IMG/VR virus record: IMGVR_UViG_3300025867_000005
DNA: 64,000 bases
Origin: a virus
Lineage: Duplodnaviria; Caudoviricetes
Direction: 5' to 3' (one strand)
Shown: in pieces, positions 56,751 to 64,000 of the stretch
How positions within the stretch are numbered: position 1 is the first letter of the stretch
Layout: each line of letters starts with the position of its first letter
The notes under the pieces: generated by a model
The model's input: the letters and a program-made list of their open reading frames with translations, nothing else
Database searches by the model: none
What the model was told of the DNA's origin: nothing
Position numbers and translations under genes: made by a program

Positions 56751-57416
56751 ATGACAGACAAAATAAGTGTTTTCCTTACGGCCTATAGTCGTATAGACAA
56801 TGTGGAACGGATACTGGAATCACTGTCTAAGCAAACGTTTTCAGATTTTGATGTTGTTCTCATCAACAATAATATCAAGGAACGTTCAAGAATTTCTTCA
56901 ATGGTGTGGGATAATCCTAACTGCATGAACATTTGGGTATCTGATCAGGGATACAATGCCGGAACCGTTGCAAGATATGTGGAAGCTCGCACAAGGGATT
57001 GCGACTTCTCCATTTTCCTTGATGATGATGTCATTTTAAGAAGAGAAAGCATACAGTCTCTTGTAGACCAACGGGAAAAGGGGAAAGCCAAATCTTGTCT
57101 AGGATATGACTTTACAGACAAGATAGATGACAGTAAAAAGGTCTACAGAGGGAAAGCCAAAGCTATCGGGACGGGGATGATGATCTTTGATACCGACATC
57201 ATACGTGATGATTCTTTCCTCACTAGTTGGAAACCCGAATTTTATGTCTGTGATGATTTGTGGTTTTGCCGCTATGCAGGTCTTAACGGATATCAGATTG
57301 AAGTATCTCCTGAAATCAAGGTTTTCCTTCAGAAGCCGGAACCCGAATCCATGATCCGGACAATTACCGTAAGGAAACGCAAGCAGGAATTCATAGACGT
57401 ACTGGACTGGCACTGA
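56751..57416 (+). CDS. GT2 glycosyltransferase
   Basis: ISVFLTAYSR, LSKQTF, IFLDDD, DDLWF. Confidence 0.8.
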   Translation: MTDKISVFLTAYSRIDNVERILESLSKQTFSDFDVVLINNNIKERSRISSMVWDNPNCMNIWVSDQGYNAGTVARYVEARTRDCDFSIFLDDDVILRRESIQSLVDQREKGKAKSCLGYDFTDKIDDSKKVYRGKAKAIGTGMMIFDTDIIRDDSFLTSWKPEFYVCDDLWFCRYAGLNGYQIEVSPEIKVFLQKPEPESMIRTITVRKRKQEFIDVLDWH

Positions 57417-57417
57417 A

Positions 57418-57600
57418 ATGTATTGGAAATGGACAGAAGATAGAAATGGTGTCTACGTAGATGATTTCGGAAAGAGATATCAGATAGAGAATATCAGTGA
57501 TGAAGAATATGATAGTCTTCCAGATAAGACTGGCTTCAAAAAACACTGGTCAGAAGAAAGATTCATCGAATTAGCCGGGTTACGTCGTTATGATCCCTAA
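57418..57600 (+). CDS. Hypothetical protein
   Basis: Small ORF filling the gap between two GT genes. Confidence 0.5.
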   Translation: MYWKWTEDRNGVYVDDFGKRYQIENISDEEYDSLPDKTGFKKHWSEERFIELAGLRRYDP

Positions 57601-58216
57601 AAACCTGTTTATGGCATGGTCTGGAAGTATTCCCCCCGAATGGGCCGCAAAGGCGTTCCAGGAGTACCAGGATTGCCTTGGGAGTAGTTGGACGTATGAT
57701 TTCATTACGGAATTTAAGATGCCTTCTGGGCACGTTTTAAGCCGTGAAATCGATAAGCTTCCGAATCTCGTCTACAAGGCTGATATTTACCGTCTGTGGC
57801 TTCTGGAAACATATGGTGGAATTTGGGTTGATACAGACACAAGACCGATACGGGATTTGTGCCCGTTGTTAGAGAATGAAGCCTTCGCCACTTGTCACAG
57901 AACTTCTTCAAGAGATCCTTTAGACAGCTTTCATATCGATAGTTGTATCCTCGGGCAGGAAGCCAACGGTATTCTTACTAAAACCGTTTTACCTCAAGCT
58001 TTGGTTAGCCAAAACAAAACAAGATACAGATTCGGAATCAATGAATACCTTACAGGGAAATGTCCGTCAGAGATTATGATAGGAGCCTTTGATGAGGCCG
58101 CGACAAAGCCGGAACTTTATGATTTTGTGAAATGCCGATTCAAACAGATCATTCCGAAAAGAAATGATTCGTTTATCAGGCATTATCTCACGAATCTTCA
58201 TTTGAATAAAATTTGA
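57590..58216 (+). CDS. GT32/OCH1-like DxD glycosyltransferase
   Basis: MIPKNLF..W and KADIYRLWLLETYGGIWVDTD. Confidence 0.85.
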   Translation: MIPKNLFMAWSGSIPPEWAAKAFQEYQDCLGSSWTYDFITEFKMPSGHVLSREIDKLPNLVYKADIYRLWLLETYGGIWVDTDTRPIRDLCPLLENEAFATCHRTSSRDPLDSFHIDSCILGQEANGILTKTVLPQALVSQNKTRYRFGINEYLTGKCPSEIMIGAFDEAATKPELYDFVKCRFKQIIPKRNDSFIRHYLTNLHLNKI

Positions 58217-58233
58217 TATGATGCCGTACTAAT

Positions 58234-58806
58234 ATGAACAAAGATGATAGAATTTTTATCCTATGTGGAGATTATGGAATCACAAATTCCTTTAATCGCA
58301 TCTTTGATAGGATTTGGACTAATGCCAACACCGGACATAGTTTTGAGATTGTCAAGAAAGAGAAAAGAGAAGAGTGCGATGGCAAGTCTGTAGGTGGATT
58401 CGACGGGGACGGATGGGATGCAGTAGTTTGGCAGATTCATGGGGAAGCATCTGATTCTGTATTTGAAGCAGGGGACTGGGAAACAGGAGAGTTTGAACTC
58501 GTTTCCAAGAATGGGAATGGTAAAGGGGACAATCTTCTTATTGTCAAAGGAAGCCGTTCAGGGATTGAAAGCCTACAGAAAATTTTCGATAATGCAATGT
58601 CTGAATTGGAGAAAGAAGATTCGGAATATGCATCTATCAAGCTTTTCAGTGATGACAGCGAAAAGATCTATTTGGGAAGTGTGTATAAAGATGAAGGTAG
58701 TGATGGCTTTGGATTTTATGTTGTATTAGACGCAGACAAACGGTTTGATAACCCGATAGAATTGATGCAGAAACTAGGAATGGAAATCAACTTTTACAGG
58801 AGATAA
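58234..58806 (+). CDS. Hypothetical protein
   Basis: Co-oriented ORF. Confidence 0.6.
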   Translation: MNKDDRIFILCGDYGITNSFNRIFDRIWTNANTGHSFEIVKKEKREECDGKSVGGFDGDGWDAVVWQIHGEASDSVFEAGDWETGEFELVSKNGNGKGDNLLIVKGSRSGIESLQKIFDNAMSELEKEDSEYASIKLFSDDSEKIYLGSVYKDEGSDGFGFYVVLDADKRFDNPIELMQKLGMEINFYRR

Positions 58807-58807
58807 A

Positions 58808-59164
58808 ATGGACTACAAAACAGAATTGATGAAAATAGCGAAACTGATTAAGGCTGAAGAAACAGGAATTGAATATACCGAGAAGAATAGCAAAGATCAC
58901 AATTTCAAATACAAGGCAGATACGATCAGGGTTTACGACAATCCTAATCAGTTAAAGCGTTTTACCGCCGTTATTACCGGTAGGGAATGGGATGAGCCTG
59001 GAAGTACCGACAAGTCTCTAATTCGGTTTGACATGAATGGTAAGACGGTTTTCGCTACTGGCAAGGAAGATCAGAAGCTTGGTAAACCCGTGGCTTGGAA
59101 AAGCATCCCTGCGGCGGTACAGAAGAAAGTTTTAAATCAGCTATCCGGCAAATGGGAAGAATAA
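58808..59164 (+). CDS. Leader-family protein
   Basis: Starts MDYKTELMKIAKLIKA. Confidence 0.7.
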   Translation: MDYKTELMKIAKLIKAEETGIEYTEKNSKDHNFKYKADTIRVYDNPNQLKRFTAVITGREWDEPGSTDKSLIRFDMNGKTVFATGKEDQKLGKPVAWKSIPAAVQKKVLNQLSGKWEE

Positions 59165-59191
59165 CCTACCGTCTTAAACGGGAGCTTTCAG

Positions 59192-59602
59192 ATGCTGACT
59201 AGTCAAAATCTTAATAGAATCTCTTTTTTTGAAGATAAAGACATCGACAATAATTCACTAGATGCCGATATCAAGCTTCTTGGATATTTCTTTGAGAACT
59301 TCTTAGATTCGTCATATATCAAAAAGGGGATGAAAAGCTTATCTGAAAACGGAAACTATCATTGCATTCTTGTATTGCGGGATGAGAAAACGAGAATCAA
59401 AATAGAAGCAGAATCTAACGGCAAAGACAAATCCGTCAAAGTCTACATCAACGAAACGATGAGAAGTTTTAGTGATAAAGAAAATCTTGTTAAAGCTTGT
59501 AGGAACTTGGAAAGAGACGCTTCAGACAACAACCTTATCCCTTTTTCAAAAGAAGGATTGGCTTATCTGTCTTGCAAGGACCATCTATCAGAATTCAGGT
59601 AG
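59192..59602 (+). CDS. Hypothetical protein
   Basis: SD GGAG upstream. Confidence 0.55.
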   Translation: MLTSQNLNRISFFEDKDIDNNSLDADIKLLGYFFENFLDSSYIKKGMKSLSENGNYHCILVLRDEKTRIKIEAESNGKDKSVKVYINETMRSFSDKENLVKACRNLERDASDNNLIPFSKEGLAYLSCKDHLSEFR

Positions 59603-59607
59603 CAAAA

Positions 59608-59868
59608 ATGGACTACAAAACAGAGCTTAAAAGACTGGCAGTTGAGATTCATGGGAAGAATAGGACTGCCGCAACGACACAAGATGTCGCCTTGGCATTC
59701 ACAAAGTATCTGATAGGCGACAGAGAAGTCGCTATTAGAGATCTTCAGAAACTGAAGACTATTCCAAATCAGGTTTTGGGATTTGAATACCATGAAGACA
59801 ACTATAATCAGATTTTTGACAAGCTTTATGCAAGACTTCTTCAGGCGATTAAGTCTGGATTGTCATAA
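59608..59868 (+). CDS. Leader-family protein
   Basis: Starts MDYKTELKRLAVEI; first six codons (ATGGACTACAAAACAGA) match those of 58808. Confidence 0.65.
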   Translation: MDYKTELKRLAVEIHGKNRTAATTQDVALAFTKYLIGDREVAIRDLQKLKTIPNQVLGFEYHEDNYNQIFDKLYARLLQAIKSGLS

Positions 59869-59991
59869 TTTTTGATATTGGTTTCAGATTTAGAGCCTTT
59901 CCACAAGAGGCTGAATCAGAAAGATGGTCTTTCTGATTTGCGGTTTAGGAACTAATGCCGTGAAGTGGGGAAAAAGTTCAAAGGTGAGAAT

Positions 59992-60462
59992 ATGTCAGGA
60001 CAGATTATCATACCTGAAGTCGAAGGTAAATTGACAGGTGGAGTCCGTGGTGTTGCCAATTGCAATTGGTGGCAGTATGCCCGTGATGTGCGGAACATCT
60101 CCCGTAACAGCCGCGTAACCCTTCCTAAAGGCGCTCAGTTGGCAGCGATCAAGGCGTTCATCGATACTATTTGCAAGTGGGATGATGTCACAGACAAATA
60201 TATCGGAACAAGGACTTGGTTGGGATACAAGCTCAATCTCAAGGCCATTTCAAAATTGACATACTACGTCGGTGATACTGCGGTTGAACCGGCACCGGTA
60301 CTTGTCAAAGTTCTTGAACATATAAGCCGTGATTTGAAGAAGATCCCGGTTAATGATGCTGAGAAAACGGCGGTCGATACATTGATTGCCGCTACGGATA
60401 ACCGTAGACTCGGTACCGAACCTTACTTCGGTGGTGTTATTGGCGAAAAGAAAACCATCTAA
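59992..60462 (+). CDS. Hypothetical (probably structural) protein
   Basis: Flanked by hairpin arrays; preceded by the TTGATA motif. Confidence 0.6.
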   Translation: MSGQIIIPEVEGKLTGGVRGVANCNWWQYARDVRNISRNSRVTLPKGAQLAAIKAFIDTICKWDDVTDKYIGTRTWLGYKLNLKAISKLTYYVGDTAVEPAPVLVKVLEHISRDLKKIPVNDAEKTAVDTLIAATDNRRLGTEPYFGGVIGEKKTI

Positions 60463-60585
60463 AAGGCTGACGGGGGATATCCCCCGTATGAATTTCACCG
60501 CTGAATGGCGGTGATTATTTAGAAACAAACATTGTTTCTGTAAACACACACAACCTGGAAACGGTTGTGAAAAAATGAGGTAAAA

Positions 60586-61200
60586 ATGAGTATTGAAAAG
60601 TATGTCGTTACGACAACGTGGAATATCTCCCGTTTTGGAATAAGCTTCACACGCGGGCAGATACTGAACTTCGACACGGAAAAAGGAAGTCTTGAATTAA
60701 ACGGGAAAGTATTTGAAGATGCGGCTCGCGAAATCTGTGCAGGCAAAAAGATTATCGCTTCGGCAACAAAACTCCCGATCCTTGTACCCTATACTGATAA
60801 GATCGCCAAGAAGGTACTTTCAGATATTGAGCACCGGATGAAAGAAACAGATTCCAAAGTCACCGCTCCTAAAATGGTCGTTATCAATTCGGATGCTGAT
60901 TTGCTGGATGTCATTAACTTGAACATCAAGAATGTCGAACTTCCTGCCAGGGCAAAACTTCCTGAACTTGATCAGAAACTGGAAGTCGTTGAGGAAGGAA
61001 ATGTCGTTAAATCCCTTGTCGGAATAGACGAGCTTCAGAACGAAGTAGAAAAGTTGCAATCTCCTCTCAAGATGAAGGTTGTAAGTGCGGATGAACAAGG
61101 GGCTGGAAATGTTGCCAACAAACCGTTGGTAAACGTAGGACTTAAGATCAGGTCTGTTACTTCCAAGAATCCTGTAATTTCAAAGAAGGGGAAGAAATAA
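60586..61200 (+). CDS. Hypothetical protein
   Basis: SD GAGGT upstream. Confidence 0.6.
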   Translation: MSIEKYVVTTTWNISRFGISFTRGQILNFDTEKGSLELNGKVFEDAAREICAGKKIIASATKLPILVPYTDKIAKKVLSDIEHRMKETDSKVTAPKMVVINSDADLLDVINLNIKNVELPARAKLPELDQKLEVVEEGNVVKSLVGIDELQNEVEKLQSPLKMKVVSADEQGAGNVANKPLVNVGLKIRSVTSKNPVISKKGKK

Positions 61201-61448
61201 TGTTCTACAGTTATGAGTGTGAAAGTTGTCACAACGTAACGACGATCAACTGCATGATGAAGGACATGAAGAGAAACATCGTCTGTCCTGAATGTGGCGG
61301 AAAGGCCGTTAAATTGATCGAGGCTCCCACTCTTGTCGGGGTATCTTCTTCCAAAGACAGGATAAACAAAGAACAGGTCAGGAAGAACGTAGAAGCAGGA
61401 AAGGTTCAACACGGAAGTCATCTTTCCGCAAGAACGGGGATGAAATAA
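61200..61448 (+). CDS. FmdB-family zinc ribbon protein
   Basis: YSYECESC...CPECGGKAVKLIEAP. Confidence 0.75.
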   Translation: MFYSYECESCHNVTTINCMMKDMKRNIVCPECGGKAVKLIEAPTLVGVSSSKDRINKEQVRKNVEAGKVQHGSHLSARTGMK

Positions 61449-61451
61449 ACA

Positions 61452-61709
61452 ATGAATACCGAAAGCCACAAAGGAACATCAAAGACATATCGGACCTCTG
61501 ATTTATATCTGAGTGCGTTCCTTTGTGCTTCGGATGTCTTCCTTCAGGGAACTGAAAAGAAACTTGATGGGAAGATCATCTTCTTATTCCTGATTGATGA
61601 AGATAATCTTGAAAGACAGAAGGAGTTGTTCTATAACGGTCGCGGCATGGTTAGTGCCGCCAAGTTCGTAGATTGTATACGAAGGCTGAAAGGTATTTGC
61701 CATAACTGA
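61452..61709 (+). CDS. DUF5659-like small protein
   Basis: YRTSDLYLSAFL....IIFLF...FYNG...VSA..F....LK. Confidence 0.55.
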   Translation: MNTESHKGTSKTYRTSDLYLSAFLCASDVFLQGTEKKLDGKIIFLFLIDEDNLERQKELFYNGRGMVSAAKFVDCIRRLKGICHN

Positions 61710-61757
61710 TAAGTTTTGATAATGAAAACCCTGTATATGGAACAGAGGTTTTAGTCT

Positions 61758-62591
61758 ATGGCAAATTACCCTTCGACATATATCCCGACAGGCACGCTCG
61801 CGTCAGACAGGGCAAACGCGATTATCGATGATTTTCTTACCCCGAAACTTCTTCGTTTCAGGCAGATAGAAGTCAGTGATGAACCTTTACGGCTTGACAG
61901 TGACAGGAAGACGTGGCTTTTAGCTTTCGGAAACATTCTTGAAACCGCACCGATTAAGATCGTCCGTGCCGGTGAAAAGATGATGCCTTCTTCTTTTGAG
62001 CTTGATGCCGAAATGGGAAAGCTTACATTCCTAGATGTCAATACGAGTTTCCAGATAGTTTCAGGGACAGACCTTATCGACACGGTAGATGCGATAGGGA
62101 ATCCGTTAATCGACGTTACGGCAAGTTATAGCTTTGACTATTTCCCTTCGGAAGTGCTTTACGGATTCATCGTGTCTTCAGTCAATGTTATCAATTCCGC
62201 CGGGCAAGACAGTTCTCCTACTTACTACACAGTTGAAAACTGTCCAGATTATTGGGCAGGTGTCATAACTGATTTGGCTTTCGCCCAATGCATGGAACGT
62301 CTGTTATTGGATTACGATTTGTGGAAAGGGAGATTGATTTTCGCGATAGGCGCAGACATGCTTCTTGAAGGACAGGGTGGTGATATCGTATCTCAGCTTA
62401 CGACATTGAAACAGAACGCAGAAGATCGTGCTTACAAGACAATAGACAATCCTGTCTTCAAGGCTGGAGGACGTTTATTGGCTTATCCGACAAACTATTA
62501 TTGGAGAGCGGTTTCTGGTGTCGGGACATCAGGGACAATGAATGTCGGAGGAAGGTTAAGAGGATGGCGGGTCAACAGACTCGGGAGATAA
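61758..62591 (+). CDS. Putative neck/head-tail structural protein
   Basis: Follows the late motif; FELDAEMGKLTF...VTASYSF beta module plus a helical adaptor-like part. Confidence 0.5.
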   Translation: MANYPSTYIPTGTLASDRANAIIDDFLTPKLLRFRQIEVSDEPLRLDSDRKTWLLAFGNILETAPIKIVRAGEKMMPSSFELDAEMGKLTFLDVNTSFQIVSGTDLIDTVDAIGNPLIDVTASYSFDYFPSEVLYGFIVSSVNVINSAGQDSSPTYYTVENCPDYWAGVITDLAFAQCMERLLLDYDLWKGRLIFAIGADMLLEGQGGDIVSQLTTLKQNAEDRAYKTIDNPVFKAGGRLLAYPTNYYWRAVSGVGTSGTMNVGGRLRGWRVNRLGR

Positions 62592-62592
62592 A

Positions 62593-62853
62593 ATGAATTT
62601 CAAACAAGAACTTTGCGGAATAGGGAAAATAATCAAAGAAGCAGGTTTCTTTGAAAGGATCAGAGAAGCGGCGATTAGTGTAAGTTCACACGTTACCGTT
62701 TCTAAGAATGATATCTGTAGGGAAAATGTACAGTATATCATCAAATGCGCTGCGGTTTCAGATTGTGAGAACATCAGGAAACGATTATCATCAATAGACG
62801 ACTTCAAGGTTGAAAAGCTTTCACAGGACATTCTTGGAGTCAGCAAAAAATAA
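62593..62853 (+). CDS. Small protein with leader-like N-terminus
   Basis: Starts MNFKQELCGIGKIIKEA. Confidence 0.55.
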   Translation: MNFKQELCGIGKIIKEAGFFERIREAAISVSSHVTVSKNDICRENVQYIIKCAAVSDCENIRKRLSSIDDFKVEKLSQDILGVSKK

Positions 62854-62868
62854 CTCAAGGTGCTGAAA

Positions 62869-63348
62869 ATGGAAATTTCAACTGTTACAGGCCAAGCATT
62901 TTATTCCGGTTCTTGGGTAAACATAAAACAAGTCCTCAAGACTCTCAAAGTCGGAGAGGGCAAATGGGACACTTTGAAAAAAGAAGAAGTCAACGAATTT
63001 CAAGAACGGGTAGACAGAGAAATTGACGGAATGCTTAATGACCTCTATCATACGCCTTTCAGGATAAAAAAAGTTAAAGGTAGTGACGGTAAATTCCAAG
63101 ATTTTTTCCCAGGCGAATTACGGCAGGCAGCCATATATTGGACAGCGGCCTTGCTTGCGGCTTCCGAATTCCAGCAGGTTTCGACAAACACAAACGATCA
63201 AGTAAACCTAACTGTAGAAAAGGCAAAGGGAATGGTGTATGATTTGAGAAGGAACACGCATTGGATACCAGCATCAGAAAGGAAATCCCAGATATCAAGA
63301 ACAATGCCAACGACATGGCAACCGGCATGGACGCTTCAACAGACATAA
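62869..63348 (+). CDS. Head-tail adaptor-like protein
   Basis: EIDGMLNDLYHTPF and PGELRQAAIYWTAALL resemble the gp36/gp15 adaptor pattern. Confidence 0.55.
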   Translation: MEISTVTGQAFYSGSWVNIKQVLKTLKVGEGKWDTLKKEEVNEFQERVDREIDGMLNDLYHTPFRIKKVKGSDGKFQDFFPGELRQAAIYWTAALLAASEFQQVSTNTNDQVNLTVEKAKGMVYDLRRNTHWIPASERKSQISRTMPTTWQPAWTLQQT

Positions 63349-63363
63349 CGGGCTTAAACGCGA

Positions 63364-63930
63364 ATGGAAATAGACCCTAACATAGTCATAGACAGATATA
63401 TCGTCGTGATGAAAGCGAATTCAGTTTTGCTTAATTCTGTGATTTCTGAATTTGAATCCAGGGAATTATCTGTTTTGAAAGGAATCCGCGTAACTCTTCC
63501 GTCTTCTGCCTTCCCTAGTCTTGAAATAGAAAGCATGAATTCTGATTCGTCATGGTATGCGACACGGGTACAGAGGCACACCATGAATTTCAGATGCGTT
63601 TTGACGGTATTGGCACCGAGTGTAGAAGACAGGGAAATTTATCAAAACCGTTTGACTTCAGCGGTTACTTCCATCTTTAAAAACCCGCAGAATCTGCAAT
63701 TCCCGATTCCGTGCGTGGAAGGGTTTTATAGATATGACGCTTTTGTTTATGATTCCTTTATATCGTCTGTACAATATTCCAGCACGAGAGACGGACTTTA
63801 CGGCGTATCAGAATGGGAATGGACAGTCAATATTCATGAAAGGATTCCTGATATTCTTTTCCATTGTGTCCCGAGTCAAGTACCCAACATCATGAAGCCG
63901 ATTGTAAAGGAGATAGGAAATGCTCAGTAA
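63364..63930 (+). CDS. Tail completion/terminator-like protein
   Basis: FPSLEIE and alternating beta strands; position after the adaptor. Confidence 0.45.
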   Translation: MEIDPNIVIDRYIVVMKANSVLLNSVISEFESRELSVLKGIRVTLPSSAFPSLEIESMNSDSSWYATRVQRHTMNFRCVLTVLAPSVEDREIYQNRLTSAVTSIFKNPQNLQFPIPCVEGFYRYDAFVYDSFISSVQYSSTRDGLYGVSEWEWTVNIHERIPDILFHCVPSQVPNIMKPIVKEIGNAQ

Positions 63931-64000
63931 TTTGGTCAAACTTTTGAAAACATCAAGATTCCCTGAATATTCAAGGCTATTCCTGTTTGCCAACAAATCT
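63920..64000 (+). CDS. ORF start, truncated by window end
   Basis: SD AGGAG/AGGA then MLSNLVKLLK... Confidence 0.4.
   Translation, partial: MLSNLVKLLKTSRFPEYSRLFLFANKS

Noticed and set aside
1-64000. Genome-wide stop-codon reassignment (TAG or TGA)
   Set aside because: Genes are long and intact in code 11. TAG and TGA end many genes at natural boundaries followed by promoters or SDs (e.g. 7831, 9529, 16377, 49152). Only two isolated in-frame continuations were seen.
1-64000. tRNA, rRNA or CRISPR array
   Set aside because: No cloverleaf or regularly spaced direct repeats seen by eye; GGTTCGAATC at ~12782 lies inside a CDS. tRNAscan would be needed to be certain.

Overview
This window looks like part of a large (jumbo-type) tailed dsDNA phage genome, not a host chromosome. 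Bases 1-12 kb are leftward operons with host sigma70-type promoters. They encode glycosyltransferases plus an FkbM methyltransferase, an RNA ligase, a CobS/CobT-like AAA+/VWA pair, a BCS1-like AAA ATPase and a nucleotidyltransferase. Bases 12-64 kb run rightward: secreted proteins, a ~830-nt hairpin-dense non-coding stretch, a Rad50-like C-terminal half, a MoxR ATPase, lysis-type genes, NusG-like and sigma-like regulators, then the head module. The head module has a truncated TerL paralog, TerL, portal, prohead protease, scaffold, decoration protein and major capsid protein, with neck-like genes at the right end. Interleaved with the head genes is a family of about 10 otherwise unrelated proteins sharing an N-terminal leader (M-x2-5-E/K-[IL]-x-[KR]-[ILV]-A-K-x-[IL]-x-[AS]). 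Several also share an aromatic second module and a C-terminal helical module. Their cargo includes two kinase-like/ADP-ribosyltransferase fusions and a CCA-adding enzyme. I interpret this as a candidate capsid-targeting system for packaged effectors. Also present are an intein at the catalytic Cys of a papain-like protease, an HTH-LAGLIDADG-methyltransferase fusion and a recurring T-tract-TTGATA putative late promoter. All calls come from motif recognition by eye; no database searches were run.
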